This document shows, in pieces, positions 1 through 9,036 of a stretch of 64,000 nt of DNA. Where the stretch lies: positions 27,643 through 91,642 of the forward strand of contig MEZX01000001.1 of assembly GCA_001774395.1 (NCBI GenBank). Reading direction: 5' to 3'. Source of the DNA: Candidatus Berkelbacteria bacterium RIFCSPLOWO2_01_FULL_50_28. GTDB lineage: Bacteria; Patescibacteriota; UBA1384; 2-12-FULL-50-11. The translations under genes and the position numbers were made by a program. Below the pieces are notes generated by a model. That model did no database searches. It saw only the letters and a program-made list of their open reading frames with translations, and was not told the origin of the DNA. Positions within the stretch are counted from its first letter, which is position 1. Every line of letters begins with the position of its first letter.

Positions 1-274
1 CTACGCGATCCCAAGTTTAGTATCGCCACTTGTTTGGTATAGAGTCTCTGCTTATGCTCTGGGGACAAGAGTATATTCTTTAGCCAAGAGCTGAGCGTAC
101 TTTTAGAAACATCAATTTCTTGTTTTATTTCTCGGTAACTCAACCCTTTCATCCTTAGCTTAATGGCGTCGTCTTTTAGTTGGGGCTTTGCTTTCATACT
201 TCAATCATAGCATTATGTGGGAGGTGTACTAAGTGCAGTTTATGCCCAGCATCTAATAAGCTATGAATCTTCTT

Positions 275-283
275 GGTATAATA
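275..283 (+). promoter_or_regulatory. Putative extended -10 promoter element (TGgTATAAT) for tRNA-Lys
   Basis: TGGTATAAT lies about 19 nt upstream of the tRNA 5' end. No clear -35 box was seen. Confidence 0.3.
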
Positions 284-301
284 CATAGGAGCTTAATTAC
301 C

Positions 302-373
302 GGGTCGGTAGTTCAGTGGTAGAACAACGGGCTCTTAACTCGTGTGTCGTGGGTTCGATCCCCACCCGACCCA
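302..373 (+). tRNA. tRNA-Lys (anticodon CUU)
   Basis: Cloverleaf folded by hand: acceptor GGGUCGG/CCGACCC, anticodon stem ACGGG/CUCGU, loop CUCUUAA, T-arm GUGGG-UUCGAUC-CCCAC, discriminator A. Confidence 0.85.
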
Positions 374-456
374 CACTTCGAGTCGCTTCGCTTTAGCCTG
401 AGCTAAAGTCGAAGGCTCCCTCAGTGTAAACTGAGAGGAAGAAGAGACCCGAACTA

Positions 457-495
457 CTCTGAGCGACGAATGAAGTGAGGAGTCGAAGAGCTCCC
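457..495 (+). repeat. Dispersed ~35-nt repeat, copy 1 (CTCTGAGCGA..AGTGAG..GTCGAAGAGC)
   Basis: Near-identical motif recurs at 11223-11256 (+) and 15057-15093 (reverse complement). Degenerate AGTCGAAGRGCTCC sub-repeats lie upstream at 376-440. Confidence 0.5.
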
Positions 496-610
496 ATGAA
501 GATTCCAGCACAACCCACTTCTCGGCGGGCTCGAAGCAAACTCCTTATTTACGAGAGATTGCCGAGAAACCCGTTACCAATTCACTCAATTAACGTATAC
601 TACAAAAAAA

Positions 611-1738
611 ATGACGAATCCTAGTTTGAAGATAGCCGTTAGCGACCAGGTCAGTGATATTCCGGAGATTCCCTACGAGCAACTCGAAAAACTCTGGGAA
701 CGAGAATACAGCCTGTTCACCCTCTCATCTTATCGCGTTGCGCTTGAGATGTACGCCACTCAAATTGACCGTTCTCAATCGCTGTCATTCTTTCTCCTTC
801 TTAATCACGACAATAAAACCTCTGGCTACCGCAGTTTTGAGGAGCAAAACCAAATGGATAAAAACGTCTCCGAGCACCTGATCGCCGATCCGAAATTTCA
901 TGACGCCCTGCTTTCATCCTACGATTCTGAGGGTCAAACCATCGAAAAAATGTTTCAAACCATAAAGACTGCAACGGCCTTCTCCGCTGATTTTGTCCAG
1001 GAGTTTAATACCCACTACGGTAAGCTTTCGGGTTATGTCTTGCCGATTCAGCGTTGTGTAGATTACCTTAAAGATTTCGAAGAGCATCAAACGCTTTTTA
1101 ACGAGCTTGTTGATTTACGAAAGAAGTACGAATATATCTTAGGCGGCGGTGATTTCGATAAGCATGTTCGACTGATGAACGAGAAAATCGTCAAAGACCG
1201 GAAACTAACAATTGATCCGTTATTATTACGCCATCTAGTAGTTGACGAGTACGTAACTTTCCTGAAGGGAGGAGAACTGCCGACTAACTTAGCCAAGCGT
1301 GCCGAACTTTCAGTTCTGGCAATTAGTCCGAGCGGGTTAATTGTTCTGTATGGCAATGCAGCTAAAAAAATATTCTCAACGGTTCAAGAACTAGAAGCAA
1401 AAAATGCTAAACAAACAATTGGCAAAGGGATGCCAGCATATGGTGACCAGGTAATCGGGACGGTTCAGGTTATAAAAGACTTCATCGACCTAAAACAGTT
1501 TGTCGCAGGACGAATCCTGGTTGTTCCATCGACACTGCCAAAGTACGAACAGTACTACAAGAAGGCGAAAGCAATAATTACTGATGAGGGTGGAGTTCTA
1601 TCCCACGCCGCAATTTTTTGTCGGGAATTCAAAATACCTAGCGTTATCGGTACCAAAAACTCAACAAAGATATTAAAAGACGGTATGTCTATTAAGCTTG
1701 ATTGCAAGACCGGTGTGGTTGAGATCCATTGCAACTAG
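611..1738 (+). CDS. PEP-utilizing enzyme mobile-domain protein (phosphohistidine-carrier domain at the C-terminus; N-terminal ~280 aa unassigned)
   Basis: C-terminal TDEGGVLSHAAIFCREFKIPSVIG matches the PEP-utilizing enzyme phosphohistidine swivelling-domain signature. 375-aa ORF. Confidence 0.6.
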   Translation: MTNPSLKIAVSDQVSDIPEIPYEQLEKLWEREYSLFTLSSYRVALEMYATQIDRSQSLSFFLLLNHDNKTSGYRSFEEQNQMDKNVSEHLIADPKFHDALLSSYDSEGQTIEKMFQTIKTATAFSADFVQEFNTHYGKLSGYVLPIQRCVDYLKDFEEHQTLFNELVDLRKKYEYILGGGDFDKHVRLMNEKIVKDRKLTIDPLLLRHLVVDEYVTFLKGGELPTNLAKRAELSVLAISPSGLIVLYGNAAKKIFSTVQELEAKNAKQTIGKGMPAYGDQVIGTVQVIKDFIDLKQFVAGRILVVPSTLPKYEQYYKKAKAIITDEGGVLSHAAIFCREFKIPSVIGTKNSTKILKDGMSIKLDCKTGVVEIHCN

Positions 1739-1822
1739 TTAGCCAGTTCTCAAGTATGGCTTTTTGCTACGGCCCTAATTATTGCTCGACAATCTTAGGC
1801 TAAAACATATAATCAGTTAATA

Positions 1823-2674
1823 ATGAGTGAATTTCTTAGGCCAGAGGAGGGCATAAGTAATATTGAGGGTGCTCCAGAACTCAACCTTGAGCGTGAGGAT
1901 TGCGAGAGAACAGCGACGTTCATTAGACACCCAAGTACGCGTCTTGCCGAAGCCATGCAACAGGGGACTATGGAAACTCCCTGGGACGAAATTGAGGACA
2001 AGATTAAGATTCAACGAGGGCCGGGGCACGAGATGTCCAAACTTTTAGCAAATCACCTACTGGAAGAAATACCCCAACTGATTGATGTGAAAGGTAGTGC
2101 AGAAAGTTACATGATCAGCTCCAGTCCCTTACCACGAGCAGAGGCGATCGCGCGCTACGTCAATCAACACATTATCGAAGAACATAAAATGCACCCCGGT
2201 TACCCTCTCCCCATCAACAGGGATGTTCAGCTAAATTCTAATTTCAGAGAAATTCCGATCGGTCACACGAAGGGTCAGCTAGCGGTGATGCTAGGGAAGA
2301 TACAGCAAGAAGGTAAGCCGATAACAGCCATATTGGAAGAATGGTTCAAGTCTGATCCTGAATATATTGCTTCGCTGTTTGAAGAAGGGAGAGTCAGGGT
2401 ATTAGAGGGGCTAGCCCAACTAGAACATTCCCCCGCTTGGATGAACCTAGTTTTTACCCATCGCATGATTACGGGGTTAACGACTTGGCTCATCGAACGT
2501 GAGGATAAGCAACGACCGATCGAAGCGCAGGACTTGCCGGGGATAATGGAACACACACGCATATTAGCCAATACCTCAGAAACGGAAATCGGCTTAAGTA
2601 AGGGCGTGTGGCATGTTTTAAGGCGAGGAGAAACTCCTCATCTAGACGAAAGTTTACGCAAAGGTGTTTTCTAG
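1823..2674 (+). CDS. Hypothetical protein, weak resemblance to the histidine-phosphatase superfamily (IRHPST ... FTHRM)
   Basis: 283-aa ORF. The RH-x-x N-terminal motif and a distal His are suggestive only. Confidence 0.35.
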   Translation: MSEFLRPEEGISNIEGAPELNLEREDCERTATFIRHPSTRLAEAMQQGTMETPWDEIEDKIKIQRGPGHEMSKLLANHLLEEIPQLIDVKGSAESYMISSSPLPRAEAIARYVNQHIIEEHKMHPGYPLPINRDVQLNSNFREIPIGHTKGQLAVMLGKIQQEGKPITAILEEWFKSDPEYIASLFEEGRVRVLEGLAQLEHSPAWMNLVFTHRMITGLTTWLIEREDKQRPIEAQDLPGIMEHTRILANTSETEIGLSKGVWHVLRRGETPHLDESLRKGVF

Positions 2675-2737
2675 GCTTTGGCGAAGATTCTGCGTGTCCT
2701 ACTACATATGGGATTGATTTCCAGGTAGAATTAACCC

Positions 2738-3343
2738 ATGGACTTTTTCGGATCCGGACTAAAAGATCTACTGATCAGCATCGGGCTTTTTGGCGCCTGG
2801 CTGATACTATTTGCCGAATCGGGCTTGCTGATTGGTTTTTTTCTACCCGGCGACAGCTTATTGTTTACCGCCGGCTTGCTCGCTTCACAGGGACACTTTA
2901 GCGTCTGGGTGCTCGCAATCGGAGGGACAATTGCGGCGATTATTGGTAACCAGGTTGGCTATTATCTCGGCCATAAATTCGGTCCGAGGATTTTTCGTCA
3001 TGAAGACTCGGTTTTTTTCCATAAAGACCACATCGAGCGCGCAAAAACGTTTTACGCTAAGTACGGGCCCGTTACGCTGATTCTCTCCCGTTTCACGCCG
3101 ATTATTCGCACGTTTGTGCCGATTTTGGCTGGCGTCGGAGGAATGGATCGAACAAAATTTGCGCTCTATAATATCGTGGGCGGAATTCTCTGGGTCTTTG
3201 GGGTAAGTTTGGCGGGATATTACTTGGGTAAAATCATACCCGATATCGATAAATTTATTCTGCCAATTATTGCAGCAATTGTGCTTTTCTCAGTTCTACC
3301 AACGGTGATAACCTACCTGAAGCACCGCGCCCGAAAAAATTAG
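2738..3343 (+). CDS. DedA/VTT-family membrane protein
   Basis: LLFAESGLLIGFFLPGDSLLFTAGLL is the characteristic DedA signature. Multi-TM, 201 aa. Confidence 0.75.
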   Translation: MDFFGSGLKDLLISIGLFGAWLILFAESGLLIGFFLPGDSLLFTAGLLASQGHFSVWVLAIGGTIAAIIGNQVGYYLGHKFGPRIFRHEDSVFFHKDHIERAKTFYAKYGPVTLILSRFTPIIRTFVPILAGVGGMDRTKFALYNIVGGILWVFGVSLAGYYLGKIIPDIDKFILPIIAAIVLFSVLPTVITYLKHRARKN

Positions 3344-3594
3344 CGCGTTGGCAAGGAATTGCTGATGCTGTTCAACCAGTTTCCGATTACTGGAAGACCG
3401 CCGAACTCACGCAAGAGAAATCCAAGTAAGGCAAGAACTATTGCCGCTCCGATCGTCGCCCCCAAACCAGAGGCTAAACCAATTAGAAACCCCCGCCAAA
3501 CAAGTAAGCCGGGACGGTGATAAGCTCTGTCGAGCGCGGTGATAAGCCGCTCAACTCGGTCGACTTTTTCTTTCTGTTCCATTTCATTTAGCAT
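3340..3594 (-). CDS. Small hypothetical membrane protein
   Basis: 84-aa ORF with a Gly-rich TM segment (GLASGLGATIGAAIVLALLGFLL). Convergent with the DedA gene. Confidence 0.35.
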   Translation of the reverse strand: MLNEMEQKEKVDRVERLITALDRAYHRPGLLVWRGFLIGLASGLGATIGAAIVLALLGFLLREFGGLPVIGNWLNSISNSLPTR

Positions 3595-3645
3595 AGCAGA
3601 ACCAGCAATTTGCGCCCAAGGCGAATACTAACTGCACAAAGGGGG

Positions 3646-4125
3646 CTAGTTGCTACGATGAGACCGGATAATCTTTTTTATTATCCGCGTCGTTGAGTTC
3701 ACCTTCTCTCTGGGCACTGTTACAAGTTTTACACCAGACTTTTCAAACTGACCCACATTTTTCTCCCAACGCTTATCAGCAGTTACGAACACATCTGGGC
3801 TCAACAGGCGAATTATCCTGAACGTTGGAAGCGGCTTATTTGGATGTGGTCGCGGCATTCTAACCACATAATCTACAGCTTTCAGCGAATCCATTATTTT
3901 TGCTCGTTCGACTTGATTAATAACTGGCCGGCCCGGACCCTTTAATAATCTTGCCCTCATGTCCGACATTAGTGACACTACTACGACGTCACCGTAGTTG
4001 CGTAACTTTTCGAGGTGACGAATATGGCCATAATGCAGCAAATCAAATGTTCCACCGGTGAGCACTATTTTCCTACTTTCACATTTCTTCCTAAGACTCT
4101 TGAGCTCTGACAGCCTAATTATCAT
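3646..4125 (-). CDS. HIGH-motif cytidylyl/adenylyltransferase-like nucleotidyltransferase (RfaE domain II / CTP-transferase family)
   Basis: TGGTFDLLHYGHIRHL is the HxGH nucleotidyltransferase motif. 159 aa. Confidence 0.65.
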   Translation of the reverse strand: MIIRLSELKSLRKKCESRKIVLTGGTFDLLHYGHIRHLEKLRNYGDVVVVSLMSDMRARLLKGPGRPVINQVERAKIMDSLKAVDYVVRMPRPHPNKPLPTFRIIRLLSPDVFVTADKRWEKNVGQFEKSGVKLVTVPREKVNSTTRIIKKIIRSHRSN

Positions 4126-4130
4126 TCCTG

Positions 4131-4204
4131 CGCGCCCGGAGGGAATCGAACCCCCGACCCTCTGTTCCGAAGACAGATGCTCTAATCCGCTGAGCTACGG
4201 GCGC
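4131..4204 (-). tRNA. tRNA-Arg (anticodon UCG)
   Basis: Reverse complement folds as acceptor GCGCCCG/CGGGCGC, anticodon stem UCUGU/ACAGA, loop CUUCGGA, T-arm GGGGG-UUCGAUU-CCCUC. Confidence 0.85.
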
Positions 4205-4314
4205 ATATGTATCGGCTATCAGCAAAAAGCAGTTAGCTGTCAGCAACAAGCCGAGAGCCGCAGGCTGTTAAGCTATTTAGCCCTGCTAATTTTAGTTGAA
4301 AATTAGCAGCTTAT

Positions 4315-5289
4315 CTAGTGGCGGATGATCCTTGGCACGATCTTGCGGTGTTCGTGCAGCGAATCTTGAAGTTTTTCTCTGTCTGGCAAGCCGGCCTCGG
4401 GACCGATTGCACCCACCACGCCAGCCGAGCAAGCGTTGCCCCAACGCATAGCTTCGGTAAGATCTTTGCCGTCCAGTAAGGCCGCCGTAACACCAGAAGC
4501 GTACGCATCACCAGCACCAGTTCGTTCAACAACCTTACTGGGGAATGTTTTGCAAAACAGTAAGTCGCTACCATCAAACGTATAAGCGCCCTTTGGACCG
4601 TCAGTTATCACAACTATCTTTGGCCCCAAGTCGTATAGTGCCTCACAGAGTGACCGAATCTTGGCGCTGGCCGATAACTCTGTTAGATGCTGTGCCTCTT
4701 CCACGTTCACGAACAGTACATCCGTTACGGTCAGGTACGGCATTAACGCTTTCACCCCAGATTTGAGCTGATACGATCCTGGGTTAAAACTAACTTTTGG
4801 ACGATACTTCTTTATAAAGGTAAGGGCCTTGTCGTAAGCTAATTTGTAGGATTTTCCCATACTAGTCAGGTAAACCCAATCAACTGGTTCAAAGTTCGGT
4901 GGATCGTACTGGTGCGGCACGTGGTGAATAAGTAGCGTGCGCTCACCACGAAAAACTAGCGCCGTAGTGTAGGACGTCGTGCCTTTGTAATGTTCGAGGT
5001 AACGCAGGTCGACTCCCTCTTTCTCTAGGGTGTGACGAATTTGGCTGGCCAAAAAATCACTGCCGATAATACTATACAGTTGGCTCGAAAAACCCAGCCG
5101 CGCGAACGAAACCGCGGTGTTGGCGGCGTTGCCGCCGACGTCAAACTCGAGCTGCTCCACGGGAATTTTTTCGGAGAAGTTTAGGCGCAGTTCAGCGTGC
5201 TGATGAGAGAGTGTTACCCTCGCGTCTCCTTCATGGAGCATCACAAACACGTCCATGGTTGCCTCGCCGATTGAAAGGATCTTGCGCAT
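4315..5289 (-). CDS. PfkB/ribokinase-family carbohydrate kinase
   Basis: N-terminal GGNAANTAVSFARLG and C-terminal GAGDAYASGV motifs of PfkB kinases. 324 aa. Confidence 0.8.
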   Translation of the reverse strand: MRKILSIGEATMDVFVMLHEGDARVTLSHQHAELRLNFSEKIPVEQLEFDVGGNAANTAVSFARLGFSSQLYSIIGSDFLASQIRHTLEKEGVDLRYLEHYKGTTSYTTALVFRGERTLLIHHVPHQYDPPNFEPVDWVYLTSMGKSYKLAYDKALTFIKKYRPKVSFNPGSYQLKSGVKALMPYLTVTDVLFVNVEEAQHLTELSASAKIRSLCEALYDLGPKIVVITDGPKGAYTFDGSDLLFCKTFPSKVVERTGAGDAYASGVTAALLDGKDLTEAMRWGNACSAGVVGAIGPEAGLPDREKLQDSLHEHRKIVPRIIRH

Positions 5290-5390
5290 AACTTTATCTT
5301 AACAGACAGCCCAGAGTAATTGAAAAGCGGGGACACTCCATCGCACCTCGTTGTGCAACTTCGTGTTCCCGCTCGGTTCCCTCTGCAAGC

Positions 5391-5879
5391 CTAGTGGGCC
5401 CGCAACCATCTTGGTAGCCATCTGCTACCGATGATCTTGCCCGACAGTCGCCCATCGGGGGCCTCCCACTCAATCACGTCACCAACCGTCCGGCCGATGA
5501 TAGCGGCGAACAACGGCGTATTCCTTGATACGCACGTCACGCCTATAGACTGAGGGGGGCAGCACGGCGCCAGGAGCCTTTCGATGACTTCGGATTTTCC
5601 CCCGAGGGGGTCTTTCACGCGAAGTCTGACGATGTCTCCCAAAACCATGACCTTCTTCGGACGCGGTCGATTCCAGGGCAAGCCCTTCACCCAAGGAACG
5701 AACCTCGTGCCGTCTGCGGCGTCCCAGACCGCAAGGTTGTTGAGTAGCTCCTCCCGTGGGGAGTTGAAAGCTAACTCTTGTTGAATCGCGCTCCGATCGA
5801 CTTCGTTGCTGTCGACCGGTAGTCTTGGCGTCTTTGTCGCCTTTGTTGACAAGCTGGCTATCATCGCCATTGTCGTCAT
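5391..5879 (-). CDS. GreA/GreB C-terminal (FKBP-like) domain protein, Rnk-like
   Basis: The C-terminal region (VSRNTPLFAAIIGRTVGDVIEWEAPDGRLSGKIIG) resembles the GreA C-terminal domain. GC-rich. The N-terminus is unlike GreA. Confidence 0.45.
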   Translation of the reverse strand: MTTMAMIASLSTKATKTPRLPVDSNEVDRSAIQQELAFNSPREELLNNLAVWDAADGTRFVPWVKGLPWNRPRPKKVMVLGDIVRLRVKDPLGGKSEVIERLLAPCCPPQSIGVTCVSRNTPLFAAIIGRTVGDVIEWEAPDGRLSGKIIGSRWLPRWLRAH

Positions 5880-6012
5880 TCCCTATCCTCCATTTTTCCC
5901 GCGCTTCCTGCGCAGGAGTGCGCCAGCTAGAGCTGGAAGATATATTAAAGCATATAAACTGCTCGTTTTCCAGCTTAATCTTTGGGGCTTTCTCTGGTAA
6001 AATAGCAGGTAT

Positions 6013-6086
6013 GGTGGCTATGGTGTAGCGGCAACACGAGAGGTTGTGGTCCTCTAATCATGGGTTCAACTCCCGTTAGCCACCCA
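6013..6086 (+). tRNA. tRNA-His (anticodon GUG) with encoded G-1
   Basis: G-1 precedes acceptor GUGGCUA/UAGCCAC with discriminator C. Anticodon stem AGAGG/CCUCU, loop UUGUGGU. T-arm GGGUUCAACUCCC. Confidence 0.85.
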
Positions 6087-6221
6087 AATTAAGTTTGATT
6101 ACGAGCAAATGGAGTTTGCGAGGAATGCCGGAGCAACGCGACGGATATTCTTCTCAGGTACCCAAAAAAAGAAGCCCGCCCTCATCACAGCTCTGTGAAT
6201 CGGGCGAGCGAAGTAGTCCAG

Positions 6222-7496
6222 CTACGGACAGCCCTCAGCGATCTGGTTGATGATCGAGAGAGCAGCGGCGTTTTTCGAGCGGAGACACTCGAGACGTTCG
6301 CCACCGAGTTGGCCGATAACCGTTTGGAATAGGCTGAAGAGGGCTTCTTCCTCTTCCAGCAGTATCCCAATTGCCTTGCGGGCTTCGGGACGATGAAGCG
6401 GGACGATCCCCGAATCACCTAGCCATCGGTTGTTAAGCGCGCTGCGCACTTTGCGCATGAATGCCAGCCGCTCCAAAGCGTTCCGGAACATTTCCTGCCC
6501 GAGAACGCCGGCAGCAATGCCGTCAGCGGTCAGCTCGAGCTCTTCGAACATCGTCGCTTGACCAGCAACTTCCTCCAGCCAAACGTGCAGGTGCGATTTG
6601 AACTGAGCGACGTTTTTCATCGCCGCCTCACTCGCCGATAAAGCAAGCAGAATGCGATTAATCTCGTCCTCGGTCCGCCTTTCACCATCGGCTTTTGGCT
6701 TCTCGCGAAGCGTCCGTTGAATCATCGTGAGCTCCAACGCACAGCCCCACTTGAATGCCCCCGCTTCCACCGAATGCTGGATGATCCTGGGCAAGTCGCA
6801 GAACTTCAGCGAGTCTCGAACCATATCAGGCTTGATCTGAAGCCGCCTGGCAAACTCACTCACGGTGATCACGGCTCCATCTTCCAGACACTCAAGGTCA
6901 TACAGCCCCTTGATCGCTTTCGCCTGAACTGGGCGAGAGACGCCCTCCCGGTTTAGGTTCTCCTCGAGCTGCAGGCCGACTCCCCTTTGCGGCAGTATGC
7001 CCTGATACATCCGAGCCGGTACACCGTTCGGAAACTGCCGAGCGAAGCACTCTTCGCCAGAAACTTCCCCGTACGCCTGGCGATAGGCTTCGGATCCTTC
7101 CGCTTTCAACAGCAGTAAGCTTCTCATCCTTCGATGACCCGCCACAAGAACGTAGTACTTTCCACCATCATATGGTTTGAAATTCTCGAGCTCGTGGCCT
7201 CCGTCCCCGTTGAAGATCTTCTCCACCAACTGTTTGTACTCGAGAACCATCTTCCGGCTCCAGACACAAACGGTTAACGGAGTCAGTAAGTCGTTGCTAG
7301 CGATACTATCAGCTAGCTCAGGGATACCCTCGTATTCTTCGCCTTCGCAATCGCGAACTTGGCGGAAAATACAGAGCTTGGCAATGTCGACAAATCCCGC
7401 CTCACCGCGAACGATTGTTCCAGCGTTTTGCACGTAGCACCTCCACAATTTAAGGTCCGAACGAAAAAGCACGGCCCCCTTAACTTCTGTATGCAA
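6222..7496 (-). CDS. ParB/Sulfiredoxin-fold (ParB-like nuclease domain) protein, orphan (no ParA partner)
   Basis: YYVLVAGHRRMRSL is the ParB GxRR box within a ParB N-domain-like region. 424-aa ORF. The start is uncertain (an internal Met precedes the domain). Confidence 0.6.
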   Translation of the reverse strand: MHTEVKGAVLFRSDLKLWRCYVQNAGTIVRGEAGFVDIAKLCIFRQVRDCEGEEYEGIPELADSIASNDLLTPLTVCVWSRKMVLEYKQLVEKIFNGDGGHELENFKPYDGGKYYVLVAGHRRMRSLLLLKAEGSEAYRQAYGEVSGEECFARQFPNGVPARMYQGILPQRGVGLQLEENLNREGVSRPVQAKAIKGLYDLECLEDGAVITVSEFARRLQIKPDMVRDSLKFCDLPRIIQHSVEAGAFKWGCALELTMIQRTLREKPKADGERRTEDEINRILLALSASEAAMKNVAQFKSHLHVWLEEVAGQATMFEELELTADGIAAGVLGQEMFRNALERLAFMRKVRSALNNRWLGDSGIVPLHRPEARKAIGILLEEEEALFSLFQTVIGQLGGERLECLRSKNAAALSIINQIAEGCP

Positions 7497-7556
7497 TTAA
7501 TAAAATCACCTGTCAAATTTTGTAAAAATTGTGCCAGCAGGGGTTGCCTGCCGGCA

Positions 7557-8771
7557 CTAAGTTGCCTCCTCCGCCAGTGCGGAAGTGGTTTCGGACGTCT
7601 CGTCCAACACCAGCTCAACGAGCGAAGGGTCAACGTAGCCGTTGAAATACTCCGCGCCGAGTAACTCAATCTGAGTGTCCCTGGCTTCTTGTCGCCTAAT
7701 GGCCCTTGCCTTGACGATCGCGTGCCCACCGAAGTTTCTCGGCTTCGGAACAAAGTCCTTAACCAGAAAGCCGGGGTCACTGTCCGTTAGGTCGGCTAGA
7801 TCAACTGCAGGGTGACTTTCACTCCGCCCCCACTGCATCGAGGCAAGGCGCCCCGAAGCGCTGCCAGTGAGACGTCGCTCCAAACTGTAGTTAGCCGGAA
7901 CAACCCTTTGGCAAACTTCGAAAGCTGGACAGTAAGCCTTGCAATAACGACGAAACTTGACAGCATCATTACGCGGTCGTCGTCGGCAGATAACCGCACC
8001 GATGCGCCACAAGGCCTGACCAACCGCGTGATGCTCGATACCTTCCTCGTAACAGATCTGGCAAAGCGTGTCCGAGATCGGCCCGCTGATGGCGGTGTGA
8101 ATGTCTGTATCCCAGCTGGTTATGTAACCGAACTGGTAAACAAGCCGCATCAACCACAGATCCACCGCAATTGCGGGAATCGTCCGAATGTAGTGCCAAC
8201 GCTCCAAGTCATCCGACCAGTTAACCTCCTGAAACCACTGGATAATCAACTGGGCAATCTTGGGGCCAACGCCAGGCAGATCGTCAAGGCGCCCTATCAG
8301 CTTCTTTCGATCAACGATCGGGTCGGCGCTGTAATCGAGCGTTAGGAAGATGTGGCGCCAATCACCGGCGTAGCGTTCCCTAATTATCTGCAAAGCGTCA
8401 AACCACATTGTGATGGGCTTGTACAAGTTCTCCTTATCCCGGCTGGAGTACGGGATGAACTGATACAGAAAGGTAAACTCAGATCGATCTTGGCTCTTTG
8501 GGTGACGCGGATCGAAGACCCACGGACACTCGGTTGCAAGATGCGAGGCGTACTTGGCCAACATCTCCCCGTCCATGCCGTTTCTTTGCAACCAGCCAGC
8601 AAACCCCAGGAAAAGGGCGTGCTCCAGGCTGCCATAGGCTAATTGTTCAGGGAAATGGAACTGCTCCGGCGGCAGATGGTTAAACGGCGGTTGACGGTTC
8701 AAATACATTGATGCCAGCCGACGAATATCTTTCGCGATTAGATCGCGGTCAAAACCCAGGTTAGCTGGCAT
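7557..8771 (-). CDS. HhH-GPD superfamily DNA glycosylase-like protein with Cys cluster and ~150-aa N-terminal extension
   Basis: LPGVGPKIAQLI (HhH) is followed by TIPAIAVDLWLMRLVYQFGY, matching the EndoIII LPGVGRKTA...TIAVDTHIFRV region. A C-terminal Cys-rich segment is compatible with a 4Fe-4S loop. Confidence 0.55.
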   Translation of the reverse strand: MPANLGFDRDLIAKDIRRLASMYLNRQPPFNHLPPEQFHFPEQLAYGSLEHALFLGFAGWLQRNGMDGEMLAKYASHLATECPWVFDPRHPKSQDRSEFTFLYQFIPYSSRDKENLYKPITMWFDALQIIRERYAGDWRHIFLTLDYSADPIVDRKKLIGRLDDLPGVGPKIAQLIIQWFQEVNWSDDLERWHYIRTIPAIAVDLWLMRLVYQFGYITSWDTDIHTAISGPISDTLCQICYEEGIEHHAVGQALWRIGAVICRRRPRNDAVKFRRYCKAYCPAFEVCQRVVPANYSLERRLTGSASGRLASMQWGRSESHPAVDLADLTDSDPGFLVKDFVPKPRNFGGHAIVKARAIRRQEARDTQIELLGAEYFNGYVDPSLVELVLDETSETTSALAEEAT

Positions 8772-9036
8772 TGTCTTGAACCTCCTTCAAAAGATGTACA
8801 CGGTTTTAGCCGCCCCCGCAGTATACACAGGCAAAACCTGATTGGAAGTCTCTCTCGGCTTGTTGTGACCCTTGACAGACTATGTTCGACTGGTAAACTA
8901 ATACTCGTCTTTCAAAAGGAGGACTATAAAGTCTTCAAAACGATTTATAAGAGACACTGCAAATCAGTTCGGTAAATTTATAGTAAAAAATCTTTCTGCG
9001 GCCCGTAGACAACTCAAACCGCTCAGGGCACTATTT

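Noticed and set aside
2608-3080. Overlapping + strand ORFs (97 and 82 codons) around the DedA gene start
   Set aside because: Alternative frames of the DedA region and the upstream gene's 3' end. The DedA frame has the conserved family signature.
6013-6086. tRNA-His shares GGGTTCAACTCCCG with the tRNA fragment at the recombinase 3' end; considered as the integration target
   Set aside because: The shared 14-mer is just the conserved T-arm. The acceptor strands differ completely (UAGCCAC vs CAGCUCC), so tRNA-His is not the target.
8352-8683. ORFs on both strands within the HhH-GPD gene
   Set aside because: Embedded in a longer ORF with clear domain evidence. GC-rich region produces long random frames.
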